A DNA stretch of 36,697 bases from Planctomycetota bacterium. Lineage in GTDB: Bacteria; Planctomycetota; Phycisphaerae; Phycisphaerales; Zrk34. Made by a program: the position numbers and the translations under genes. Where the stretch lies: assembly GCA_043788485.1 (NCBI GenBank), contig JAYVTU010000017.1, positions 1-36,697 of the forward strand. The letters run 5' to 3'. A model generated the notes under the pieces. The model worked only from the letters and a program-made list of their open reading frames with translations, was not told where the DNA came from and ran no database searches. This document shows, piece by piece, positions 29,167-36,697 of the stretch. Position 1 is the first letter of the stretch. The number at the start of each line of letters is the position of its first letter.

Positions 29167-29239
29167 CTCGAAGACTCGCTGAGCACGTGGGGAGGGAATC
29201 GTGCACGTGCACGTGTCACGTGCACGGCCGCGAACTATC

Positions 29240-31018
29240 ATGTCCGCCATGCAATCAGCGGTACAACCAAAATCCATCACGCAGTGGCGCACGCAGATCG
29301 CTCTGCTCCTCGCCTGGTTCCTCATGCTCGGTCTGAGTTTCCCTCGCCCCGGCCTCTGGCCTCTCGCGCATCTCGCCCTCGTCCCGCTCACGCTGCTCGC
29401 AATCTTCGGCCGCCCGCTGCGCCGCATCCGCTGGCTCACGTTCGCCTTCGGCACGCTCTGGTGGCTCTGGATGATCTACTGGATGATCCCCGTCACGTTC
29501 CTCGGCTACCTCGGCCTCTCCGCCATCGAAGGCTCGTTCGTCGTGATGTTCGTCGCCATCATCCAACTGCTCGTTGGCGATCGCTTCATCACCACGCCCT
29601 CCGGCTCCGCTCCGGTGTTAGCCGCAGGCGGAAGCCGGCGGGTCCGCTTCCCCATCCCCTTCATCCTCCTCATCCCCACGATCTGGGTCGCCCTCGAATA
29701 CATCCCCGGCGCCATCATCGTCGACGGCTTCCCCTGGTTCCTCATCGCCCACAGCCAGCCCACATGGTTCATCCAGATCGCCGACACCGTCGGCCCCTAC
29801 GGCGTCTCGTTCCTCGTCGCGATGACCAGCGGGATGATCATCGATGTCTGCGAATTTCCCGTGCTGCGACGCGATTCGCAAAAGCGCATCGATTTAACGT
29901 GGCGATCTGTGTCATGCGTCGGCATCTGGCTTTTGGCGATGGCCTGTGTGATCGGTGCAGCGATTCTCGAATTTAATACCGCATGGGAGCGACAAAGCAT
30001 CCGCATCGCCGTCATCCAGCCCAACGTCCCGCAGTCCAACAAAGATCACCCCGCGCCCGGGCAGGACCGCAAAGATTTCGATGAGATGCTCGCGCTCAGC
30101 GAAAAAGCTCTCGCCGAAAAACCCGACCTCATCGTCTGGCCCGAGACCATGGTGCCCCAGGCGCTCAACAACGAAAGCCTCCAGCATTACCCGCGACTGA
30201 CCCGCGCCGCCGAGTACCTCTACTATCACGATGCCCTCGAGAAATTCGCGGCGGTCCACACCGTCAACCTCATGGTCGGCGCCCACGCCTTCACCAACTG
30301 GCGCGAAGACAAAACGCGCGGCTACGTCTTCAAGGTGTTCAACTCCGCATTCCTCTTCAAACCCGATGGCCTCGATCAACGCTACTTCAGCAAGATCCAC
30401 CGCGTCCCGTTCGGCGAGTACATGCCCGGTGTCGAATCCATGCCGTGGGCCAAAGAACTGCTGCTCAAGCTCACGCCGTATGAATCGGACTACACGCTCC
30501 AGCCCGGCACGGAGTACGTTCGATTCGAGATCAATAAGCAACCGCAGGCGAGCGGCTCACCTCAATCTTTCCGCATCGCGACGCCCATCTGTTTCGAGGA
30601 CGTCATCAGCGACGTGCCACGCCAGATGGTCTACGGTTTCGATGGCAAGAAGCGAGTCGATGTGCTTGTCAACATCTCCAACGACGGCTGGTTCCACGGC
30701 ACGTGGCAGGGTCCTCAGCACGAGGCGATCGCGCGGTTCCGCTGCATCGAAAACCGCGTGCCGATGGCGAGATCCGTCAACACCGGCATCAGTTCGTTCA
30801 TCGACTCCGGCGGCAACGTGCTCGAACGCGTCGTCACCGACGGGCGTACACAGGAGGTCGCCGGTTTCGCCGTCGCCGATGTGTGGATCGACAACCGCGT
30901 GACGATCTACAGCCGGATCGGCGACGCCCCGGCGGTCGCGTGCCTCGTGGCGACGATCGGCTTGATCGCCGCGGCGATCGGACGCAAACTCTACCGCAGA
31001 CGCGGAGGCAAACCGTGA
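29240..31018 (+). CDS. lnt: Apolipoprotein N-acyltransferase
   Basis: An N-terminal polytopic membrane domain is followed by a CN-hydrolase domain with the catalytic triad context (IVWPE ... FKPDG...K ... ICFEDV). Start at ATG 29240 or 29249. Confidence 0.85.
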   Translation: MSAMQSAVQPKSITQWRTQIALLLAWFLMLGLSFPRPGLWPLAHLALVPLTLLAIFGRPLRRIRWLTFAFGTLWWLWMIYWMIPVTFLGYLGLSAIEGSFVVMFVAIIQLLVGDRFITTPSGSAPVLAAGGSRRVRFPIPFILLIPTIWVALEYIPGAIIVDGFPWFLIAHSQPTWFIQIADTVGPYGVSFLVAMTSGMIIDVCEFPVLRRDSQKRIDLTWRSVSCVGIWLLAMACVIGAAILEFNTAWERQSIRIAVIQPNVPQSNKDHPAPGQDRKDFDEMLALSEKALAEKPDLIVWPETMVPQALNNESLQHYPRLTRAAEYLYYHDALEKFAAVHTVNLMVGAHAFTNWREDKTRGYVFKVFNSAFLFKPDGLDQRYFSKIHRVPFGEYMPGVESMPWAKELLLKLTPYESDYTLQPGTEYVRFEINKQPQASGSPQSFRIATPICFEDVISDVPRQMVYGFDGKKRVDVLVNISNDGWFHGTWQGPQHEAIARFRCIENRVPMARSVNTGISSFIDSGGNVLERVVTDGRTQEVAGFAVADVWIDNRVTIYSRIGDAPAVACLVATIGLIAAAIGRKLYRRRGGKP

Positions 31019-31036
31019 GTGAGATTCGCAATAATT

Positions 31037-31133
31037 CGGTTCGGGTGCCACTGGTCGGCGTCCTCGCAGACCAGTGTGTCTTGGGCGACAGACACTGGTC
31101 TGCGGAGGAACCGCCGACCAGTGGCACCCGCTG
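31037..31133. repeat. Near-perfect hairpin with about 42-bp arms and a 6-nt loop between lnt and the HEAT-repeat gene
   Basis: CGGTTCGGGTGCCACTGGTCGGCGTCCTCGCAGACCAGTGTGTC ttgggc GACAGACACTGGTCTGCGGAGGAACCGCCGACCAGTGGCACCCGCTG. Confidence 0.75.
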
Positions 31134-31167
31134 TAAGCCCGTCTTACTCGCCACCGTCATCGCTGCG

Positions 31168-32163
31168 ATGCTCCTGGCACCGGTGTTATCGTACGCCGCC
31201 GAGGAAGAAGCCCCGACCCCGCCGAACATCAAGGTTCCCGCGGCTCCGGTCGCGCCGGCGGACACCGTGCAGCGGGCCGTCGCGGTGCTTGTCGATGCGT
31301 CCGTCGGTGACATCGCATCGCTGCGATGCAACGCGGTCGAGGCGATGGAAATGCTGCCGCACCGGGCGCTGCCGGTGATGCAGAAGGCGCTGGGCGATCC
31401 GAATCCGGCGGTGCGTTTCGCGGCCGTGGTGACCAGCGCGAAGCTGAAGATGAAGGAACTCTCGCCGTCGATCCAGCCGCTGATCAAGGATGAGAATCCT
31501 TCGGTGCGGGCGGCGGCGATCGCCGCGCTTTTCGCGCTGGGTCAGAAGGTGGACCTCACGCCGCTGGGCGATCTGCTGCGTGCGCCCGATCCGGGTTTGC
31601 GCTCGAATGTCGCGATGCTGCTGGGGATGCTCGGCGACGCCAGCGCGGTGCCGATGCTCAAGAGCGCCGCGGAGGTTCCGATGCCGCGCGCCAGCGCCGC
31701 GCAGATCGCCGTGACGCGCATCCAGATCGCCGAGGCGATCGCGAAGCTCGGCGATGACAAGTCGCCGCAGCGCGGAGCCGAGCTCGATGCGCTGCGTGCG
31801 GGGATTTACAACAGCATGGGCGAGGTGCGCATTCTCGCGGTCAATGCGGTCGGCGAGGTGCATGATCAGGGTTGCGAGGGGAGTTTGGCGCGGCTGCTGA
31901 CCGAGGGGCCGCTGGAACTGCAGCTCGCGGCCGCCGCTTCGCTGCGCCGCCTCGGCAACGCCAAGGGCCTGCCCATCGCGATCCAGTACAGCGCCCACGA
32001 CGACCCGGTGATCCGGGCCCAAGCGGCTTGGGCCCTGGGCTGGTTCAACGGCAACCTCAGCTACAACCACCTCGCCCGGCTGCTGAATGATCCGGAGCCC
32101 CACGTGCGCGTCGCCGCCGCCGCCTCGATCGTCCGCCGCACGCGGAATCAGGACGGGAAGTAA
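31168..32163 (+). CDS. HEAT-repeat (PBS-lyase-like) protein, probably secreted or periplasmic
   Basis: Repeated DPNPAVRFAA / DENPSVRAAA / DPGLRSNVA / DDPVIRAQAAWALG / DPEPHVRVAAA units are seen. ATG 31168 is preferred because the upstream in-frame region is occupied by the hairpin; the start is uncertain. Confidence 0.6.
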   Translation: MLLAPVLSYAAEEEAPTPPNIKVPAAPVAPADTVQRAVAVLVDASVGDIASLRCNAVEAMEMLPHRALPVMQKALGDPNPAVRFAAVVTSAKLKMKELSPSIQPLIKDENPSVRAAAIAALFALGQKVDLTPLGDLLRAPDPGLRSNVAMLLGMLGDASAVPMLKSAAEVPMPRASAAQIAVTRIQIAEAIAKLGDDKSPQRGAELDALRAGIYNSMGEVRILAVNAVGEVHDQGCEGSLARLLTEGPLELQLAAAASLRRLGNAKGLPIAIQYSAHDDPVIRAQAAWALGWFNGNLSYNHLARLLNDPEPHVRVAAAASIVRRTRNQDGK

Positions 32164-32358
32164 CCACAGAGGCACAGAGGCACAGAGACACAGAGGAAGG
32201 CACAAGCATTGAGATGGTGAAACACCAAGGCACCAAGGGCACCAAGGAATGCAAAAATGAAGGGAAAATGGCGTTGAATTCAAAATCTTTCCGCCTTCCT
32301 GCGTGACCTCGCTGCCTTGTTATCAAAATATCCCTGCCTTCCTCTGTGTCTCTGTGGT
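32164..32358. repeat. Tandem CACAGAGG repeats with an inverted CCTCTGTG partner, plus an internal CACCAAGG x3 tandem repeat
   Basis: CCACAGAGGCACAGAGGCACAGAGACACAGAGGAAGGCA ... CACCAAGGCACCAAGGGCACCAAGG ... TGCCTTCCTCTGTGTCTCTGTGG. Confidence 0.7.
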
Positions 32359-32504
32359 GAGATATTCCGTTTTCCCGTTTTGAACTGGTTGACAAAGTTC
32401 GGCCCCCGGGTTACTTATCAATCATCCGATAACGGGATTTCATCCCTTCGGATTCACCGAATCGCAGACCCGCAGGTCCCCAACCGGACTCTCTGGAGGC
32501 GCCC

Positions 32505-33353
32505 TTGAGCATCTTTACCAAGATCTTCATCGTGCTGGTTATGGTCCTGTCCGTGCTTCTGGCCGCGTTGTCTACGGTTTACGTCGCCAACGTCGACAGC
32601 TACAAGACCAAGTACAACGACGAGAAGCATCGCCGCGAGGTGTCCGATGCCAACGCCGCCGTCCGCGAGGGCGACCTGGCCGACAAGCTCAACGCCATCC
32701 AATCGAAGCTCGACAGCGCCGAGGGCGAGGTCTCCCGCGCCAAGTCGATCGTCAACACCAAGGACCGTGACCTCGAAAGCGTCAAGGGCGAGCTCATCGC
32801 CGCCCAGACCGCCAACGCCGACGTCCGCGGCCAGCTCGCCCGCCTCTCCTCCGCACTGGACCAGTCGCAGAAGATCCTCGGCCTGACCGAAGCCGAAGTG
32901 AAGCAGCGCCGCGAAGAGATGCTCAAGCTCCAGTTCCGCAACGTCGAGCTCAACGACAAGGTCCAGGAACTCTCGACGCAGGGTGAGACGCTCATCCGCC
33001 AGGTCCGTCTGCTCAAGGAGCAGGTCGCCGACCTCGAGAATCAGAACCAGGAACTGGTCAAGAGCGGCGGCGGCAAGAAGGGCACCGTCGATGTCGTCAC
33101 CCCGGCCCCCGGCGTCACGATCCACGGCACCGTCACCGATGTCCAGAAGATCGGCGACGCGACCTTCGTCGCACTCAACGTCGGCACCAACGACGGCGTC
33201 CGCGAGGGCATGAAGTTCCTCATCCACCAGGGTGACAAGTACCTCGGCGACGTCACGATCCAGAAGACCGACCTGAATACCGCCGCCGGCCGCGTCGTCC
33301 TCTCCAAGGGCGAAATCACCGCCGGCGCCGAAGCGATGACCGGCGGGTTCTGA
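32505..33353 (+). CDS. Hypothetical membrane-anchored coiled-coil protein with a C-terminal beta-rich domain
   Basis: Apparent TTG start, N-terminal TM (IFIVLVMVLSVLLAALSTVYV), then a coiled coil of about 170 aa. Family unknown. Confidence 0.55.
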   Translation: MSIFTKIFIVLVMVLSVLLAALSTVYVANVDSYKTKYNDEKHRREVSDANAAVREGDLADKLNAIQSKLDSAEGEVSRAKSIVNTKDRDLESVKGELIAAQTANADVRGQLARLSSALDQSQKILGLTEAEVKQRREEMLKLQFRNVELNDKVQELSTQGETLIRQVRLLKEQVADLENQNQELVKSGGGKKGTVDVVTPAPGVTIHGTVTDVQKIGDATFVALNVGTNDGVREGMKFLIHQGDKYLGDVTIQKTDLNTAAGRVVLSKGEITAGAEAMTGGF

Positions 33354-33386
33354 TCCCAGTTTCCCTCAAGGTGCAGGAGAGTCGCG

Positions 33387-33608
33387 ATGGCTGACACCGA
33401 ATTTGCCGCAACGCCCCGGATCAAGGCCAAGGCCTCCAACAACGTCTACACCGCGCTGCTGGCGATCGCGTTCCTGGCCCTGACGGGGGCGACCGTCGTC
33501 GTGTGGAAGACCAACGTCGAGCTGACCAAGGGGCTCCAGCCGCAGGGCGCGCTGCCGAACCCCTTCTTCCACGCCACCCCCGAGCAGATCGAAAAAGCTC
33601 CCTCCTGA
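33387..33608 (+). CDS. Small (73 aa) single-TM hypothetical protein
   Basis: RBS GGAGAG 6 nt upstream. A TM helix (ALLAIAFLALTGATVVVW) is present. A canonical terminator follows immediately. Confidence 0.45.
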   Translation: MADTEFAATPRIKAKASNNVYTALLAIAFLALTGATVVVWKTNVELTKGLQPQGALPNPFFHATPEQIEKAPS

Positions 33609-33640
33609 GCAGCGGCATCTCTCACTCTCGACCTCCACAA

Positions 33641-33667
33641 CCCCGAGCATCCCTCGGGGTTTTTTTG
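33641..33667 (+). terminator. Rho-independent terminator
   Basis: CCCCGAG-catcc-CTCGGGG followed by TTTTTTT. Confidence 0.75.
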
Positions 33668-33672
33668 TGTCA

Positions 33673-33843
33673 AAAAACTTTGGGGCAATGACGAATGACG
33701 AAATTCGAATGACGAATCAAATTCCAATGATCAAATTCCAATGGGGAAAGGCAACCGAAGGCTCCGTTTCGTCATTGGAATTTGGAATTTGATCATTGAT
33801 TCGTCATTCGAATTTCGTCATTCGTCATTACCCCAAAGCTTTG
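33673..33843. repeat. Very long AT-rich palindrome (about 70-bp arms) built from GAATGAC and AATTCCAATG tandem units, upstream of mreB
   Basis: CTTTGGGGCAATGACGAATGACGAAATTCGAATGACGAATCAAATTCCAATGATCAAATTCCAATGGGG ... CATTGGAATTTGGAATTTGATCATTGATTCGTCATTCGAATTTCGTCATTCGTCATTACCCCAAAG. Confidence 0.8.
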
Positions 33844-33997
33844 CGTCACGGCCGCATCACGTTATCATCTGCCGTGGTTTGCGTGACGCGATCACGGGGT
33901 GATCCGCAGCCGACAGACCCATTGAAATTTCCGCCGTGCGCCGGCTCCCCGCCATGGCGCCGTCGAAAGGTGGCCGCCGTTGAATCTGCTGGACAAC

Positions 33998-35035
33998 ATG
34001 CTTTCCTGGTTCAGTGTCGATATGGGCATCGACCTGGGCACGTGCAATTCGCTGGTCTGCGTGCGCGGCGAGGGCATCGTGCTCAACGAGCCCTCGGTCG
34101 TTGCTGTCTACAAGAACACCAATAAGGTTTATCTCGACGGCAACGCCGTCGGTTTCGTCGCCAAGGAAATGCTCGGCAAGACGCCCGGCTCGATCACCGC
34201 GATCCGCCCGCTCAAGGACGGCGTGATCAGCGACTTCGCCATCACCGAGGCGATGCTCAGCTACTTCATCCGCAAGGTGCAGGGCCGCCGCAGCTTCATC
34301 GGGCCGCGCGTGGTCATCGCCGTTCCGTCGGGGATCACGGCGGTCGAGAAGCGGGCCGTGTTTGAATCGGCGGAACGTGCCGGAGCCCGTAAGGTGTTCC
34401 TCGTCGAGGAGCCGATGGCCGCGGCGCTGGGAGCCGGGCTGCCGGTGGCTGAGGCGACGGCGAGCATGATCGTGGACATCGGCGGCGGCACGACCGAGGT
34501 CGCCATCCTCTCGCTGGCCGACATCGCTGAGTGCACGAGCATCCGCGTCGCCGGCGACGATTTCGACGAGGCGATCATCTCGCACATGAAGAAGACGTAC
34601 AACCTGATGATCGGCGAGCAGACCGCGGAGCGCATCAAGCTGGAGATCGGATCCGCGGCGCCGCTGGCCGAGGAGAAGACGATGGAGGTGCGCGGCCGCG
34701 ACATGATCAGCGGGCTTCCGCGAAAGACCGTCGTCACGTCTGAGGAGATCCGCGAGGCGCTGCAGGAGCCGCTCTCTGGCATCATCAACGCCGTGACGCG
34801 CACGCTGGAGCGCGCCGAGCCCGAACTCGCCGCCGACCTCGTGGACAACGGCATCACCCTCGCCGGCGGCGGGGCGCTGCTCCGCAACATCTGCGTCGTG
34901 CTGCAGAACGCGACGGGCCTCGAGGTCCGCATCGCCGACGATCCGCTGACCTGCGTCGCCCGCGGGACCAGCATCTACCTCGAAAGTTTCGAGACGCTCA
35001 AGAACACGCTCGAGAGCGATTACAGCCAGGTCTAA
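33998..35035 (+). CDS. mreB: Rod shape-determining actin homologue MreB
   Basis: The motifs GIDLGTxNS, DIGGGTTEVAI and LAGGGALL are present. ATG 33998 is preferred over the TTG 33980 of the track. Confidence 0.92.
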   Translation: MLSWFSVDMGIDLGTCNSLVCVRGEGIVLNEPSVVAVYKNTNKVYLDGNAVGFVAKEMLGKTPGSITAIRPLKDGVISDFAITEAMLSYFIRKVQGRRSFIGPRVVIAVPSGITAVEKRAVFESAERAGARKVFLVEEPMAAALGAGLPVAEATASMIVDIGGGTTEVAILSLADIAECTSIRVAGDDFDEAIISHMKKTYNLMIGEQTAERIKLEIGSAAPLAEEKTMEVRGRDMISGLPRKTVVTSEEIREALQEPLSGIINAVTRTLERAEPELAADLVDNGITLAGGGALLRNICVVLQNATGLEVRIADDPLTCVARGTSIYLESFETLKNTLESDYSQV

Positions 35036-35040
35036 AACAA

Positions 35041-35115
35041 GGGTTCAGGGTTCGGGGTTCAGGGTTCAGGACTCGGCACTCCGAACCTGAATCCTGAACC
35101 CCGAACCCTGAACCC
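35041..35115. repeat. Hairpin of tandem GGGTTCA / TGAACCC heptamers between mreB and mreC
   Basis: GGGTTCAGGGTTCGGGGTTCAGGGTTCAGGACTCGGCACTCCGAACCTGAATCCTGAACCCCGAACCCTGAACCC. Confidence 0.8.
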
Positions 35116-35116
35116 T

Positions 35117-36025
35117 TTGATGTCTTCCTCCGCCATCAAATCACGTCGCTGGATCATGCCCGCCGTTGTCGCGGGGGCGCTGGTGCTTTCGATGCTGCCG
35201 GCGCGGTGGTGCGGTTATGCGCAGCCGCTGGCGGGGTTGGTGTCGCTGACGACGCGACCGCTCACCGGGCCGTTGCGCGTCCTCTCGGCACGCGTGATCC
35301 CGCAGCCTCCGGCTCCGGCGCTCGGAGCGGCACGCGACCTGAGCGAAAAACTGCGCGAGCAGGACACGATGCTTCTGGCGCTGCAGCGCCGCGTGCATGA
35401 ACTGGAACTAATCAACGCGGAACTGCAGGGCCTCAAGCGCCGGCTCGGTGAGTCGTACGTGTATCGCCGCGCCAATGTCATCGCGCGCGGCGCCGATGCC
35501 GCGGCGGGGTCGCTGCAATTGGATCTCGGAACACGTGAAGGAATCCGCCCCGGGCTCGCCGCCGTCGAGGGAGCGAGCCTGATCGGCCGTGTCATCCAGG
35601 TCGGCCCCGCGGGGAGCACGCTGCTGCCGGTCACCGCCCCGACCGCCGGATACATCGGCGTGATCTTCGCCCCGGCGATCCTTCCGCCGGAGGGATTGAC
35701 GGCGCAGCGGAACCGGGCGTGGCTGCTCAAGGCGGGACCGAATGAGCGGCTCATCTGCGAGGACGTCGATCGGCAGGCGTTGATCCAGGTCGGCGATTAC
35801 GCGCGGCTGCGCGATGAAGAGGGCAACGGAAGCTGGCCCGCCGCGGCACAGGGGATGATCGTCGGCGTGGTGACGGCGGTGACCGACAACGAGAAATCGC
35901 CGCTGCGCCAGCGCATCGAGGTGCGCCCGCTGATCTCGCCGCGGGCCATTGATGCCGTGACGATCATCGTCCCGCGGGACAACCCCTCGGATCACGCCGG
36001 TGGCGGCGGGGGAGGCGCGCCGTGA
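35117..36025 (+). CDS. mreC: Rod shape-determining protein MreC
   Basis: The position after mreB, an N-terminal TM, a short coiled coil (LALQRRVHELELINAELQGLKRRL) and a beta-rich periplasmic domain all fit MreC. Confidence 0.75.
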   Translation: MMSSSAIKSRRWIMPAVVAGALVLSMLPARWCGYAQPLAGLVSLTTRPLTGPLRVLSARVIPQPPAPALGAARDLSEKLREQDTMLLALQRRVHELELINAELQGLKRRLGESYVYRRANVIARGADAAAGSLQLDLGTREGIRPGLAAVEGASLIGRVIQVGPAGSTLLPVTAPTAGYIGVIFAPAILPPEGLTAQRNRAWLLKAGPNERLICEDVDRQALIQVGDYARLRDEEGNGSWPAAAQGMIVGVVTAVTDNEKSPLRQRIEVRPLISPRAIDAVTIIVPRDNPSDHAGGGGGGAP

Positions 36026-36600
36026 AAGGATCGCTCCTCGCCATCGCAGCGTACCTGCTGCTCGTTGCACAGCTCGGTCTGGCGCCGCTGGGCGCTTCAA
36101 CGCATTACGGCACGGTCGAGCCGATGTTCATGCTGCTCATCGTGGTGTGGATCGGCTTGTGGGCGCCGGCGAATCTCGTGGCACCGGCGAGCGCGGCGGC
36201 GGGGCTGCTGATGGATCTGGCGACACCGTGGCCCGTGCAACTGGCGAGCGGCATCGAAGCGCCGACGATCGTCGGCCCGTACGTGCTGGGCTACATCGCG
36301 GCCGGATATCTGTTGCTGCAGATGCGCCCCATGCTCTTCCGCGATCACCCGCTAACGATCGGCACGATGGTGCTCATCGGCGGGGCGGCGGCGAGCCTCG
36401 TGGTCGTTGGGCTGATGACGGTGCGGAGCTGGTACGAGCCCGTGATCGGTTGGTCGGCGGGAAATGAACTGATGCGCCGATTGCTCGGGCTGGGCGTCAC
36501 GGTCGTGATCGCCGTCGCGCTGGCGGTGCCGCTGCGCGGATGGTTGAGGAAGTTGAGCGTGCCGGTGTCGGGCGGCCCGCACTGGAAGGGCCGTCGGTAA
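36022..36600 (+). CDS. mreD: Rod shape-determining protein MreD
   Basis: Polytopic small membrane protein whose GTG start overlaps the mreC stop (GTGA). Its position completes an mreBCD operon. Confidence 0.7.
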   Translation: MKGSLLAIAAYLLLVAQLGLAPLGASTHYGTVEPMFMLLIVVWIGLWAPANLVAPASAAAGLLMDLATPWPVQLASGIEAPTIVGPYVLGYIAAGYLLLQMRPMLFRDHPLTIGTMVLIGGAAASLVVVGLMTVRSWYEPVIGWSAGNELMRRLLGLGVTVVIAVALAVPLRGWLRKLSVPVSGGPHWKGRR

Positions 36601-36697
36601 TTATTTTTTCTGGGTAGCTGCTTGACTCAAGTTGCCCCATTCGTAGTGTAGTGACGATGAAAGCCACGCCGGAGAACCCTTACCCTCGTAGATTCGA

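Noticed and set aside
28799-29212. The longer MazG-like ORF with a GTG start at 29212, giving 137 aa.
   Set aside because: The extra 39 N-terminal codons are simply a translation of the palindromic repeat (VLVLVIVIE...ITITSTST), and the other frames translate it equally well. Homologous small MazG proteins start near the MTNDNLTLESF region.

Overview
The window is a GC-rich (about 65-70%) bacterial chromosomal segment, most likely from the PVC superphylum (Planctomycetota/Phycisphaerae-like or Verrucomicrobia). This guess rests on a Planctomycete-type CXXCH cytochrome-like protein, TTG/GTG starts, weak Shine-Dalgarno usage, and a polysaccharide-degrading gene set. Gene content is almost entirely housekeeping: trpE, a FAH-family hydrolase, dprA, xylA, a tandem M16 zinc peptidase, myo-inositol-1-phosphate synthase, a queC/queE/queD preQ0 cluster, a four-PDZ HtrA protease, a roughly 1300-aa secreted polysaccharide-lyase-like protein, a flotillin/SPFH protein, an SMR (SugE-like) transporter, a DUF2934 protein, a small MazG-like pyrophosphohydrolase, apolipoprotein N-acyltransferase (lnt), a HEAT-repeat protein and mreBCD. 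I found no CRISPR array, transposase, integrase, phage genes or recognisable defence operon, and no tRNA or rRNA. The many long reverse-strand ORFs in the six-frame track are GC-skew artefacts. The most unusual feature is non-coding. From about 12.5 kb onward, nearly every intergenic gap carries a long imperfect hairpin of 30-75 bp per arm. Most arms are built from short tandem repeats (GTTTCAAG, GTTAATGG, GAGGTCA, CGTGCT, CACAGAGG, GAATGAC/AATTCCAATG, GGGTTCA). Each locus uses a different repeat unit but the same architecture, and one element occurs twice, flanking the mazG-like gene. There is also a 480-nt hairpin-rich non-coding gap upstream of the flotillin gene that could encode a structured RNA. 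I could not match it to RNase P, tmRNA, SRP or a known riboswitch by eye. I saw nothing I can defend as a new multi-gene system.
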